Positions 48,954 through 59,074 are shown, numbered from the stretch's first letter. The stretch: DNA of 64,000 nt from a virus (IMGVR_UViG_3300026534_000035:1-64000), one strand, 5' to 3'. Translations and numbers: made by a program. The notes: generated by a model from the sequence alone, not told the origin.

Positions 48954-49509
48954 CATTAAATCTAAAATAATAGCCTGGGTAGCTGATATACGTATTTATG
49001 GTTGGCCGATGTTTTTTATATTTGCTGGGGAGTCACACTATCAAATAAAAGGGCCAGACCAACGTCAAATTTTGAATTTATTACAACCAGGGGATGTTTT
49101 ACTGAGGCGGTATGATCACTATTTAGGTAGTTTAACTATAAAAGGGTATTGGTCTCATGCTGCTTTATACGTTGGGGACGATCATGTTATTCATATGTTA
49201 GGTAAAGGAGTTACGAAAGAGGATATCCTTACTTTTATGAGATGTGATAATATAATGATATTAAGATTAAAAGATAACTATATTGTACCTGGAGCAATTG
49301 ATAAAGCATATAAATTTTTAAATGAGGGCGTGAATTATGATTATAATTTTGACTATACTACCGCTGCTAGGCTATACTGTACTGAAATGGTAGATAATTG
49401 CATAGGTTACAAAGTTAAACAAGAATATCCTGATAAAAAATTCATCCTTCCAGATTATTTTAAAGACTGTACTGATGTGTTTGACATTATTTGGACAAAG
49501 AAAAAATAG
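48934..49509 (+). CDS. Permuted papain-like NlpC/P60 enzyme (YiiX/YaeF family)
   Basis: QPGDVLL, WSHAALY, YDYNF, LYCTEMV (His before Cys). Confidence 0.88.
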   Translation: MIKLIYNIKSKIIAWVADIRIYGWPMFFIFAGESHYQIKGPDQRQILNLLQPGDVLLRRYDHYLGSLTIKGYWSHAALYVGDDHVIHMLGKGVTKEDILTFMRCDNIMILRLKDNYIVPGAIDKAYKFLNEGVNYDYNFDYTTAARLYCTEMVDNCIGYKVKQEYPDKKFILPDYFKDCTDVFDIIWTKKK

Positions 49510-49518
49510 AGGTGTGTT

Positions 49519-50001
49519 ATGGCACGTAGTGAAATTAGAGAAGATCAAGTAAAAGATGATGATTTTTTGTCGCCGTGGGAACACGATCATGAAGCACACC
49601 ATTATTTTATACGAGAGTTAGATACACCTACTACATATAGTGGGTATGCTGGTAAGTATGTAAGAGTTGATACTACTGCTAGTGGACTTATTTTTTCGGA
49701 TGTTGTGTTAGAGGAAAATTGGCAAAAAATATCTTCAAATTATACTGCCTCTGTTGGTGACTGTTTGTTTTTGGACTCTACTGTAAGTGGTATTGTGATA
49801 ACTTTGCCAAGTAATCCTTCAATGGGTAACAAGATAAAGTTTATAGATGGTCCAGGTAATTGTTCTACTAATAATGTAACAATTTCTGGCGCGGGCCAAA
49901 AGATTTTTGGAAATAATGATGATCTTATAGTAGATGAAGACGATGCATATTTTGCATTGGTTTATTATAATAGTTCTGTTGGTTGGAAATTAGGAGTGTA
50001 A
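49519..50001 (+). CDS. Small fibre/decoration protein
   Basis: ELDTPTTYSG module plus ITLPSNP..G..I..ID...LVYYN...GW module. Confidence 0.7.
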   Translation: MARSEIREDQVKDDDFLSPWEHDHEAHHYFIRELDTPTTYSGYAGKYVRVDTTASGLIFSDVVLEENWQKISSNYTASVGDCLFLDSTVSGIVITLPSNPSMGNKIKFIDGPGNCSTNNVTISGAGQKIFGNNDDLIVDEDDAYFALVYYNSSVGWKLGV

Positions 50002-50019
50002 ATTTTATGGAGGATTGTT

Positions 50020-51063
50020 ATGGATCAAGCTTTTAGTGATTTAAAATATAAATATGTGGATAATGCAATTACTACACTATCCGGAAATATAGTTAGTGAT
50101 GCTCCCTCTCAGTTAGATACATTAAATAAAATAGCTTTGTCTATTAATTCTGACCCAAATTATAAAACTCATACCCATGATGATTTATATTATGGAAAAG
50201 ATTACATAGACACTGCTCTTAGTGGTACAGGTAGTGGGACTACAAAGTATATGTTGTTTGATTTTAATTTTAATAAAGACTATGATCTTGATACTTTGTT
50301 TACTACCGGATATTCGAGTAACTTTGTCCCTCAAACTGGAATAATAAGTGACGTTATTTTATCGGGATATGTTTCTGGTAAAATTAATATAGAATTAATA
50401 AAAAACAATTCAGTAGAAAATGTGCCAGATGTTGGGACTGTTATTATGACGCCGTCCTCAGGAATTGAGTTTACTGGTAAAGCTTTTGGAGGTGATAAAG
50501 TAATGAATATTACACCTTCTAGGCATGCAAGTAACAATTCAATAGATAGTGATTTGGCAACGTTTGATAACATATTTTTTAATGATTTTGAATACAGGTT
50601 TGGTGATAGCCCCAAACGTCTAATGTCCACTAAAATAACTATTTCTACTCATAATGGTTGGATAAGTACATTAGATGGGAATTTAGATGTTTATTACATC
50701 CCTGTGGGTAAAACAATCCCATCTGAGTATGTGAAGTTAGGCACTATTCATTGTTATAGTGGGGATCCTGATTGGTCTCATCATGTCTCTGAAATTATAG
50801 TTTCTAATAATGGGTGGGTTTATGCTGATGGTATATATCTTGTTCATACAGACGGAGCTTTTGAGGAGGGCTGGGCACACCTTGAAGAAGTTGAGTGTTA
50901 CACGTTTGATAATCCTCCTTATACCGCTGATAGGATAGGCTCTTTTTCAAATTGGTCTGATACCACATTATCTGCTGGAGATATTTTATCTGCTAGATTA
51001 GTAAGTAATCAAAAAAGCATTATTTATGTTAATGTTAGTGTTATTATGGAGGTAAATAGCTAA
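50020..51063 (+). CDS. Tail fibre-like protein
   Basis: AP.QLDTL.KIA..IN.DPN fibre motif; HTHDDLYY. Confidence 0.65.
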   Translation: MDQAFSDLKYKYVDNAITTLSGNIVSDAPSQLDTLNKIALSINSDPNYKTHTHDDLYYGKDYIDTALSGTGSGTTKYMLFDFNFNKDYDLDTLFTTGYSSNFVPQTGIISDVILSGYVSGKINIELIKNNSVENVPDVGTVIMTPSSGIEFTGKAFGGDKVMNITPSRHASNNSIDSDLATFDNIFFNDFEYRFGDSPKRLMSTKITISTHNGWISTLDGNLDVYYIPVGKTIPSEYVKLGTIHCYSGDPDWSHHVSEIIVSNNGWVYADGIYLVHTDGAFEEGWAHLEEVECYTFDNPPYTADRIGSFSNWSDTTLSAGDILSARLVSNQKSIIYVNVSVIMEVNS

Positions 51064-51440
51064 TGCATTTGGATTCAGATATAGTTAAATTATTCAATGA
51101 AACAGGGGTTGAGGCATTAAAAGAGGTTATAGAAATGGGTAAAACTGAGTCATTTAGAAATTATATGATTCAGAATTTTAGGTGGTTTATGGGCAACTTT
51201 GTTCCTCATGGACAACGACATAGATGTGAAGCAGCGTGGTATAGATTTTATATTGATCATGGAAGGCTTATTAAACAAATAGATTATAATAAGATAATAA
51301 ATAAAACATTATCGGAAGAGGAAGTAATAAAACATCTTATGTCAGTAGCTGATGCTTATGAGGAGCAGTATGGGCTGGATGTACTAAATTCTAAAAAATC
51401 TAAGAAAATTAATAAGACCTTATTATTAAAAGGATTTTAA
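51063..51440 (+). CDS. hypothetical protein
   Basis: GGAGG RBS; TAATG coupling. Confidence 0.6.
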   Translation: MHLDSDIVKLFNETGVEALKEVIEMGKTESFRNYMIQNFRWFMGNFVPHGQRHRCEAAWYRFYIDHGRLIKQIDYNKIINKTLSEEEVIKHLMSVADAYEEQYGLDVLNSKKSKKINKTLLLKGF

Positions 51441-51462
51441 ATAAGTATATAGGAGAAGAAAA

Positions 51463-51993
51463 GTGATTCGTGCTGATATAAATGAAGAGTTTCCAATATC
51501 TGTATCTTTGGTCGATGAGGTAGACGGGACTTTAGTTACTAATCAAGTTGTTAAGTATGATGTACGCACTATAAATGATACTTCACTTTCTCCTCCATTG
51601 ACTGGTGTTTTGTCTGAATCTTCAGTAGAGCCTGGTATTTATACTACTGATTTAGCAATAAGTTCTCCTGGAGAATATATTTTTTACGCTACTTGTTCTG
51701 GTTTTTTACCGAATACTGAAGAGATACTTATAAATGAAGAAAATGTTTATGAACTAATTAAACAAAACAGACATTATAATATTTCAGTAGAAGATGTTCC
51801 TAGAACAAATACAATTCCTACTGCTTCACAGGCAGTAAGACATGTTCCATTAGGTAAAACTGATTATATTATTACCACTATTAAATATGATAATATGTCA
51901 GATTGGTCTGGAAGCACTGTTTCTGGGACCACCTATGCTTGGTATAGAACAATAAATGAGGATGTTCCTTATAAGATGGGAGGCCCGTTCTAA
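51463..51993 (+). CDS. Virion structural protein (Ig-like)
   Basis: PGIY...PGEY motif. Confidence 0.55.
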   Translation: MIRADINEEFPISVSLVDEVDGTLVTNQVVKYDVRTINDTSLSPPLTGVLSESSVEPGIYTTDLAISSPGEYIFYATCSGFLPNTEEILINEENVYELIKQNRHYNISVEDVPRTNTIPTASQAVRHVPLGKTDYIITTIKYDNMSDWSGSTVSGTTYAWYRTINEDVPYKMGGPF

Positions 51994-52421
51994 TGGATGT
52001 AAGGTACCTAGGATGGGCGGGGTATCAATTAGCACCTTGTGCCGCTACTGCTAGTGGTATAGGTGGCTCTGGTTCTATTGAACTAGAAGAAGGATGGCAA
52101 CTAATAGCCATACCAATTCAATATGGATACTGGGATTCTTCCACTCATTCTCATGTTCATGACGGCATTACGCCAGCAAAATTTAAGAATTATGTTTTAG
52201 ATCAAATAACTGATGTTTATGGATCAGGTGTTGTTGAAGTAGCAAATACGTATTTGGGGGATAATCAGTTTTTTTGGTCCTATGTTGTAGGAAGTACACC
52301 AGAAAGCAGTCCAAATAATTTTAAATTAGTATATGCAGATGGTCCTAATTTAGAAATTACAGGTTTTTGGATTAAAATAATAGGTCCTAATAGTCCATAT
52401 ATAATTGTTTGGGGAGAATAA
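51993..52421 (+). CDS. Virion structural protein
   Basis: L.EGWQLIAIP...GFWIK motif. Confidence 0.55.
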   Translation: MDVRYLGWAGYQLAPCAATASGIGGSGSIELEEGWQLIAIPIQYGYWDSSTHSHVHDGITPAKFKNYVLDQITDVYGSGVVEVANTYLGDNQFFWSYVVGSTPESSPNNFKLVYADGPNLEITGFWIKIIGPNSPYIIVWGE

Positions 52422-52424
52422 TAG

Positions 52425-54200
52425 ATGGCGCTGAATATTACATTAGATGGTTTTGTTTATAAAGAAGATGGGACTATAAGTTCATCTAATGTGTCTTATC
52501 AAGCTTACTTTTACAAAGCCAACTCTGGTTCCTCTAATTCAAAGTGGAACAGTTCTCGTATTGTGGAAGCGACTGGTTATTATTCTATTAATTTGGGAGA
52601 TGGTGATTGGCTTACTCAAAATGGTTCTGCCGCCGCCGGCGATGTTATTATTTTGGTTTTTTGGTCGCCAGTATCTGCTGACAGAATGGACTCATGTGGT
52701 TTTTTAACTCAATGGTCTTGTTTTAGAGTAGTTTTGGATGGCTCAAGTACTTATACAACACAGGTTCAGATTAAATCAAACTATTGCCCCAATCTTAGTT
52801 GGTCATTACCAACTACGGGGTTGGTTAATCATAATATTACATTGGCGAATAATAGCACTGATCAGCATCAGTGGAATTTTATGGGAAATACTATGTACCA
52901 GAGAAATACTTGGTACACTACTCTCATGTCAGTGAACAAGGTGAACAATTCTGGTTACGATTGGGGAGATGGTAATTTCAATAGTAATTTACCAGGGACC
53001 ACAAACGGCACTCATAGTTGGTCTTCTAGTGGGGATTATGATGTACAAATAATTATTGAGGATGATTGTGATTGTACAGTAACAGGCACCGATACTATTA
53101 GGATTTTTAATAATCCCCCTGTGCCAGACATCGCTATGACACCGGCTGATCCAGATCCTAATGAGCCAGTAGCGTTCAGATACTCTGGAACAGACGTTGA
53201 TGATAGTATTAGTAATATAGCATGGGTGATAGAAGATAATGGTTCCTACGGTCATACAGACACTTTAGCAGATGTTGGGAGAGACACGACTGTTCCTCAC
53301 ACCGAAGGGCTGGGCACATCTTGGTGTGGAGAGTCTGCTTCTGCTGGTGCTTTTACTAATCCAGGTAGCCATAAAGTTTCAATTGTTATAAGTTGGTGGG
53401 ATGGATTTAATATTCAAACAATGAATTATGAGGAATATTTTAATCAGCGGGTTTTTAATGGCCCTACTGTAAGTTTTACTCAGATCCCAGCTCAGGCTAC
53501 TGTGGGTTCTGGGGTTGTGTTTGATAACTCTACTATTAATTATGATAGGGTGGGTTTAGGCTTACCTAATTGTACCGAATATGATTGGTTCTGGACCGAT
53601 GGTAGTATTACCAATAGTGAGTTGGATAAGCTTTATGATTTTGATTTTGAGAGGACTCCGACTTCTGTTGATTGTAATGTAAGGTTATGTGCTTCTTGGA
53701 GTGATGGTTGGCAGACTCATTACTCTTGTCACACTGAATCAGTGGTGTTTAAAACCACAGTGACAGTGTCAGAAGAGGACTGTTATTATAAACTTGGATT
53801 AATTGGAACATCTTCAGATGGAAGTGTTTCGGGCTATAGTTGGACTGTATCATCAGGAACCACTGAAACAGGTCCTTGGACCGAGGTCTGGAATAGTCCT
53901 ACTAATATGAGTCAAAACCCAAAAACAATTTGTTTTACTGCTATAGGTTGGTATAAAATAGATGGGTATATATATGGTGGTGGAACTACTTCCGATAGTG
54001 AAATAATTTACATTACTGAAGTATGCCCAGCCACAGTTTCGGGAACTGTTCCAGTGTGTGAACCTGAAATAACAAGTCACGAAATAGGCAATGTAACTAT
54101 TAAAGTGGATGAAGTTTTGAAACCTCATATGAGGGGTTCGTTTGACATGAAACCATGCGTAACTACTATTAATACTTTTCCTGGGCCTAAGAATTTATAA
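52425..54200 (+). CDS. PKD/Ig-like repeat virion protein
   Basis: YDWGDG...HSWSSSGDYDV....D; N.PP; D.D..I...W; FTNPG. Confidence 0.75.
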   Translation: MALNITLDGFVYKEDGTISSSNVSYQAYFYKANSGSSNSKWNSSRIVEATGYYSINLGDGDWLTQNGSAAAGDVIILVFWSPVSADRMDSCGFLTQWSCFRVVLDGSSTYTTQVQIKSNYCPNLSWSLPTTGLVNHNITLANNSTDQHQWNFMGNTMYQRNTWYTTLMSVNKVNNSGYDWGDGNFNSNLPGTTNGTHSWSSSGDYDVQIIIEDDCDCTVTGTDTIRIFNNPPVPDIAMTPADPDPNEPVAFRYSGTDVDDSISNIAWVIEDNGSYGHTDTLADVGRDTTVPHTEGLGTSWCGESASAGAFTNPGSHKVSIVISWWDGFNIQTMNYEEYFNQRVFNGPTVSFTQIPAQATVGSGVVFDNSTINYDRVGLGLPNCTEYDWFWTDGSITNSELDKLYDFDFERTPTSVDCNVRLCASWSDGWQTHYSCHTESVVFKTTVTVSEEDCYYKLGLIGTSSDGSVSGYSWTVSSGTTETGPWTEVWNSPTNMSQNPKTICFTAIGWYKIDGYIYGGGTTSDSEIIYITEVCPATVSGTVPVCEPEITSHEIGNVTIKVDEVLKPHMRGSFDMKPCVTTINTFPGPKNL

Positions 54201-54213
54201 TGGAGGATACTAA

Positions 54214-55164
54214 ATGATTTCTTTAACTTTTACAGTAGATAATGTGGATACTGTTTTACAGATTTATGATCAAATAGAAGTTATAAAATACACAGGCACT
54301 GATGCGCAGCCCGAAACCCCTGTGGGCGATGTAATAGCTTTGACTGATTGGGTAGTTGTTAGTGGTACGGGTTCTAATGTACCTATTAGTTTATCTTCTG
54401 GTCAATCACAATATCAAGCGTATGATACATCAGGAACTGCTTCTAATTGGTATTCTTCTAGGTATAGCTCATCAACAGATAGTAGTGTTTATAGTGGTTG
54501 GACTGATCCTATTTTAGGTGAGGCTGGTGATTTATATTATAATCCTCTTTTTCCGGCGGAGATAGATTATGGAAGTACTGATCAAATGATCATAGATCGG
54601 ATTAGAGTATTAATAGGAGATCCTAAAGGATTGAACAGAGAAGTTGGGGAACCAGAAACTGCTTCTATAATGGACAATAATAAAACTTATTATTTAGAAG
54701 AAAAAGGCTGGCCAGTTTCTATAACTATGAATGGTAAACAATTTACCGATATAGGTAATCCTACTATAAATGGGTACAGGTATTTAACTTTTAAAGAAGA
54801 TATCTCTAAGCCAGTTACAATAAGTGGAGTAACATATGCAGTGGATGTATGGTATTATACTTTTAGAAATAGTGATAGACAAATTATGGCTGTTTATGAA
54901 AGCACTCCTCCGCCTGCAGGATTAACCACTTCAACAGCTACTACAGAGGTTTATATTTTAGCGGCCGCGGTGGATCTTGTAAGGTCTGAGTTGTTGCTAG
55001 ATGCTAATGAGGATGGGGCTTTGGTGGCTGATGAAGGAAGTAAATACAATCCCACGCCAGGGCTTGATGCTAGAAGACGACTTTTAAATGATTTAAATAA
55101 AAAACTATCAGATTTAATTCATTCTCTTAAAATGGGTGGGATAACTGGTGTTCTTATTGACTAA
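54214..55164 (+). CDS. Putative head-tail adaptor
   Basis: IDRIRVLIGD motif; synteny. Confidence 0.55.
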   Translation: MISLTFTVDNVDTVLQIYDQIEVIKYTGTDAQPETPVGDVIALTDWVVVSGTGSNVPISLSSGQSQYQAYDTSGTASNWYSSRYSSSTDSSVYSGWTDPILGEAGDLYYNPLFPAEIDYGSTDQMIIDRIRVLIGDPKGLNREVGEPETASIMDNNKTYYLEEKGWPVSITMNGKQFTDIGNPTINGYRYLTFKEDISKPVTISGVTYAVDVWYYTFRNSDRQIMAVYESTPPPAGLTTSTATTEVYILAAAVDLVRSELLLDANEDGALVADEGSKYNPTPGLDARRRLLNDLNKKLSDLIHSLKMGGITGVLID

Positions 55165-55181
55165 TACTTCCAGGAGTTGAG

Positions 55182-55781
55182 ATGAGACGAAAACGAATCA
55201 GTAAAAGAACTCGTGAAAAATTTAAGAAAACTATTAGAAATGTAATCGGTGATCTTAGTAGAGAAGTATTGGTATATTTAAAACCAAGGACTAGTGAATG
55301 TCCAAATTGTTATTATGACAAATTGACTAATTCATCTACTGGCAAATGTAAATGGAATCCTGTAGAGGCAAGGGATAAACAACAGGCTTGGATCGCAGCG
55401 GGCAACAAAACAACTAGATATAAGTTTTTTGTAAAGGGCCGATGTCCTGTATGTGGAGGCAAAGGTTACTTAGAGACTATTAGAAAAAAATGGGTTGATG
55501 CTTTAGTGATTTGGAATCCCGGATCAAGAATTGCTGGGAATGATGCTATGGCAACTCCTGCGGGCACAGAGGGAACTACTACTGTAGAATTAAAATTACA
55601 CCCTAGATATTATGATTTACTAAAAGAGTCTCAAAAAATAGTTGTTGATAATATAGAGTGTAATATGACAAGGCCTCCTCTTCTTAGAGGTCTGGGAAAT
55701 GAAGCAGTATTGATAATTACCGCTCATACGACTGGTAAGTTTGATAAAGATGTTGGAAAAGATATTAAGGAGTATAGATGA
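55182..55781 (+). CDS. Putative head-closure/neck protein with zinc finger
   Basis: CPNC...CPVCGGKG; synteny. Confidence 0.5.
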   Translation: MRRKRISKRTREKFKKTIRNVIGDLSREVLVYLKPRTSECPNCYYDKLTNSSTGKCKWNPVEARDKQQAWIAAGNKTTRYKFFVKGRCPVCGGKGYLETIRKKWVDALVIWNPGSRIAGNDAMATPAGTEGTTTVELKLHPRYYDLLKESQKIVVDNIECNMTRPPLLRGLGNEAVLIITAHTTGKFDKDVGKDIKEYR

Positions 55782-56386
55782 TGGCTATTTTTAATGATGT
55801 TAATAAAGCCATTAAAGTAACTAAGAAAAAGTTAGCTACATTATTTAATTCATCTTTAACTGATGAAGTTAAAACTATGATAGAAGAAGCCTATGAAGAA
55901 AAACTATTTGGAGTAGTCCCAAAAGGTGATTTAGGACGACCAGAAGATTTCTATGACTTATTTGTGGAGAGATTAAACAATTTTGAATTTGTAAGACACG
56001 AAGCTGAGTCTTTACATTTTAATTGTCCTTCCATAGATACGTTTGATTTTAGTGGTGCTCTATCTTTTTTGAAGGTTATTTTAGAAGGAATTGTTGGTTT
56101 TTATTATATAATACCTTCAGAAACTTATAGGTTACTAGGGTATACTCCACCAGATTTTAGCACTGATATTTATTTGATTAATGAAAATGACCCACTAGTT
56201 AATGATATCACACAACGTCTGGGGAAGCAGTTTTTGAATGTGTACGCCTTTTCTAATAGTGGCCCAATAGATATTTTTAGTGAGGCAAAAGATTTTATTG
56301 ATACCTTTGCTCATAAAATTATTAAAAATTCGCTTGTAGAAATAACCAATAAAATAGAAAAAGATTACAGTGGGAGAGTTGTATAA
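55778..56386 (+). CDS. Putative neck/tail completion protein
   Basis: Synteny only. Confidence 0.45.
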   Translation: MMAIFNDVNKAIKVTKKKLATLFNSSLTDEVKTMIEEAYEEKLFGVVPKGDLGRPEDFYDLFVERLNNFEFVRHEAESLHFNCPSIDTFDFSGALSFLKVILEGIVGFYYIIPSETYRLLGYTPPDFSTDIYLINENDPLVNDITQRLGKQFLNVYAFSNSGPIDIFSEAKDFIDTFAHKIIKNSLVEITNKIEKDYSGRVV

Positions 56387-57330
56387 TGAGTTATGAAATG
56401 AAGAGTATAAGGAAAGAGGATCTTAGTGTATACCATTATCTAAAAGAAGTAGTTTTGTCTGATTTTGTAGAAATAGATGAAAATATCCCTTTGGTATATA
56501 GCGAAAAATTATCTAGTGTTAATAATGATGCGGATCCTTCTACGAATATCTTAGTTTATACAGCTGAAACTGTTACCCAGCCTAATCCAATTTCCAGAGG
56601 ACGTGGTTGGTTATATTTTGATACAGTGTCAGGAACTCAATCACAGTTGTGTGAGCCCTATATAGTTGTGTCAGGAACTCGTGCGGATGGTGTACCGGTA
56701 TTTGGGACCCCCGAACAATCCACTTCCGTGATTGTTTATGATTCTAATTTTAATATAATTGACAGCTCATTGTATATGATAGACTATGTTGATGGACGAA
56801 TAGTCACTGATGATGTTTCATTGGATTTAGCTTACGTTACATACAAATGGTATTATGTAAGTGTTGTGGAGGGCTGGGAACTACTTGATGTGGCTGATCC
56901 TCCAATAGTTGTTATAGATATTCAATCCACCGTTAAAATGGGCTATCAATTAGGTGCTGGAAAAAAGATTATAAGACGTGGTGATATTCATATTTTTGCC
57001 TCCAGTTCAGCAGAACTTAAAGATTTGTCAGAGACTATTTATGATGGGTTATATTTGAGAAGCTGTCCTTTGTATAATTTTTCTTTGGGCGATGTTTTAG
57101 ATTATGATGGAACTTTTTATGGGAGAAAAGAAGACCCTAATAAACTAACCTCCCTATTTGATAGAACCCATAGTAAAAAAATTATAGGTAATTTAGAGTT
57201 TAATAAAGTTGTGGCACGTAATGTTGGTTTACCACCAATATTAACACGAAATAGAGAAGAAATAATGAATGATTTAAATGCTTACAGAGCAAAAGTAAGT
57301 TTTGAATTGATATCTTATACACCTGCATAG
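56386..57330 (+). CDS. Putative tail terminator
   Basis: PPIVVID...YQLG...IHIFA.S..E..DL; directly before major tail gene. Confidence 0.55.
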   Translation: MSYEMKSIRKEDLSVYHYLKEVVLSDFVEIDENIPLVYSEKLSSVNNDADPSTNILVYTAETVTQPNPISRGRGWLYFDTVSGTQSQLCEPYIVVSGTRADGVPVFGTPEQSTSVIVYDSNFNIIDSSLYMIDYVDGRIVTDDVSLDLAYVTYKWYYVSVVEGWELLDVADPPIVVIDIQSTVKMGYQLGAGKKIIRRGDIHIFASSSAELKDLSETIYDGLYLRSCPLYNFSLGDVLDYDGTFYGRKEDPNKLTSLFDRTHSKKIIGNLEFNKVVARNVGLPPILTRNREEIMNDLNAYRAKVSFELISYTPA

Positions 57331-57453
57331 GAAAAGGCCTTATCGTTTTTAGCTTGCCTCGGCTAATCTACGATAAACTAATGTATTGGTAAGATATCGA
57401 AAACCAACCTGATTACTTTTTCTGATAAGGATAAAATAGGAGGAGTAAGTAAT

Positions 57454-59058
57454 ATGGCTAGAAATAGAATAATTTATGCGTCTCAGAGCGTGTGGTGTAA
57501 TGGTGAGGTCCTTTATAGAGTTCAATCTTTGGGATCAACCACTACGTTTACGTCAGAAGACATTTTTGAATTAGGTCATTTAGACATCGTAGATGTTGTA
57601 GATGATGTTCCTGCAGTGGCAGTTACATTAAATACAAATGACTTTGGTGATCTTCGGACGGCAGCTACTTTGGCACAATTACCCGCTGTAAAACGTGCTA
57701 TGAACGCCACTACTAATAGTACTAATGCTAATTTAAGAGTGGTGGACAGCGCCGGTATGGCTACAGGTACTTATTTACATGGTGTCTGTTTGGCTGACTT
57801 TGCAGTGGTATGTGGTAATTTGCCTGGTGTTACGTTGTGGGCGCCAGTTCAGGATGAGTGTTCTTTGGGCACTTTGGATCCTAACATTGACCAAACTCTG
57901 TTCTTAGACGAAGTTTATGTTAACAGTATAGAGCTAGGTTATACAACTGGAGCTAATGCAACTGAAAACTTTGGAGCTGAAACAGATAATAAAAAATGGT
58001 TTTTAAATGATGGTAGATTTATAACAATGGATGCCTTCGATGGAGCAACACTTGCTTCAGGAATTAGTGCAGGGTATATTACACTAAGTCTTCCAATCTC
58101 AGCTACCATTCCTACCTTGTCTGATGGCACTATTGGTTTTCTGCGTAAATCAGAAGATGGTGCTCCCGCAGTTACTTGGTATGATGTTTCTGCTAATGCA
58201 GTAAAGAATGTGGAAATAGTAGTTGGTGTGGCTGCTGCTACTGATACTTACGTATATCACAAAACAGCTACAGAGCACAGAGTGTATTTACCAACTGGCG
58301 CAGATGCTCCAGCAGCGGCAGACAGAATAGAGGTAATTTATTCCGCTGATGCTTATGGTACTTCTGCTACTGGTAAGTATTTTGAAATTTTGGATACTAC
58401 TAGTCGTCCTGACATGATTGGCGCAATTAGACAGGGCCAGGTGGAAGTTTACATTGTTTCTGATTCTGATACATCTTATAGAGGTGCTTGGAGATTGACT
58501 GGTTGTACAACTACGGCTGACCTAACTCGTACACCTTTGGCAGAATTAGGACATTTGGCACCATATGATAGACCACTAACAGTTCCTGTTCCGATTACAG
58601 TAACTGTAGACTCTACCATGGGTGACTTGGAGAATTGGGCTATGTTTGCAGATCAGCTGCCTGCTTATGATGCTAATACTCTGGATGATATTAGTCTTAC
58701 AGATTTAATGTCTTCAGATGATCTTAAGTTGGTCGTTATGGTTTATGCTCAAACCGACGAAGAAGCTGGTGGAACTGGTTCTAATAGAAAAATTGCTGCG
58801 AATAGTCCTTTGATTGGCCAGAATTATTGGGTAGATGGTGTTATGGGAACATACGCCGCCGCCGGCGAATCAGAACACCCATTGAAAACTATTATTGTTG
58901 AGCATCTAAAAATTACGGATGAGGGTAACACTTTAGATATGGGTGCTAATATGACACAGACTTTTGGTTTCAGGTCAACAAATGACTTGTATATGATTAA
59001 GGGTGGTGTGTCTATTACGAATATTACTAGTGGAAATAAAGTAAGACGTAACGGATAA
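57454..59058 (+). CDS. Major tail (tube) protein
   Basis: RNRIIY...RVQS..T...EDIFELG...P.V.VTL; strong RBS; flanked by hairpins; followed by chaperones and TMP. Confidence 0.7.
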   Translation: MARNRIIYASQSVWCNGEVLYRVQSLGSTTTFTSEDIFELGHLDIVDVVDDVPAVAVTLNTNDFGDLRTAATLAQLPAVKRAMNATTNSTNANLRVVDSAGMATGTYLHGVCLADFAVVCGNLPGVTLWAPVQDECSLGTLDPNIDQTLFLDEVYVNSIELGYTTGANATENFGAETDNKKWFLNDGRFITMDAFDGATLASGISAGYITLSLPISATIPTLSDGTIGFLRKSEDGAPAVTWYDVSANAVKNVEIVVGVAAATDTYVYHKTATEHRVYLPTGADAPAAADRIEVIYSADAYGTSATGKYFEILDTTSRPDMIGAIRQGQVEVYIVSDSDTSYRGAWRLTGCTTTADLTRTPLAELGHLAPYDRPLTVPVPITVTVDSTMGDLENWAMFADQLPAYDANTLDDISLTDLMSSDDLKLVVMVYAQTDEEAGGTGSNRKIAANSPLIGQNYWVDGVMGTYAAAGESEHPLKTIIVEHLKITDEGNTLDMGANMTQTFGFRSTNDLYMIKGGVSITNITSGNKVRRNG

Positions 59059-59074
59059 TGTATCTATAGGAAAA

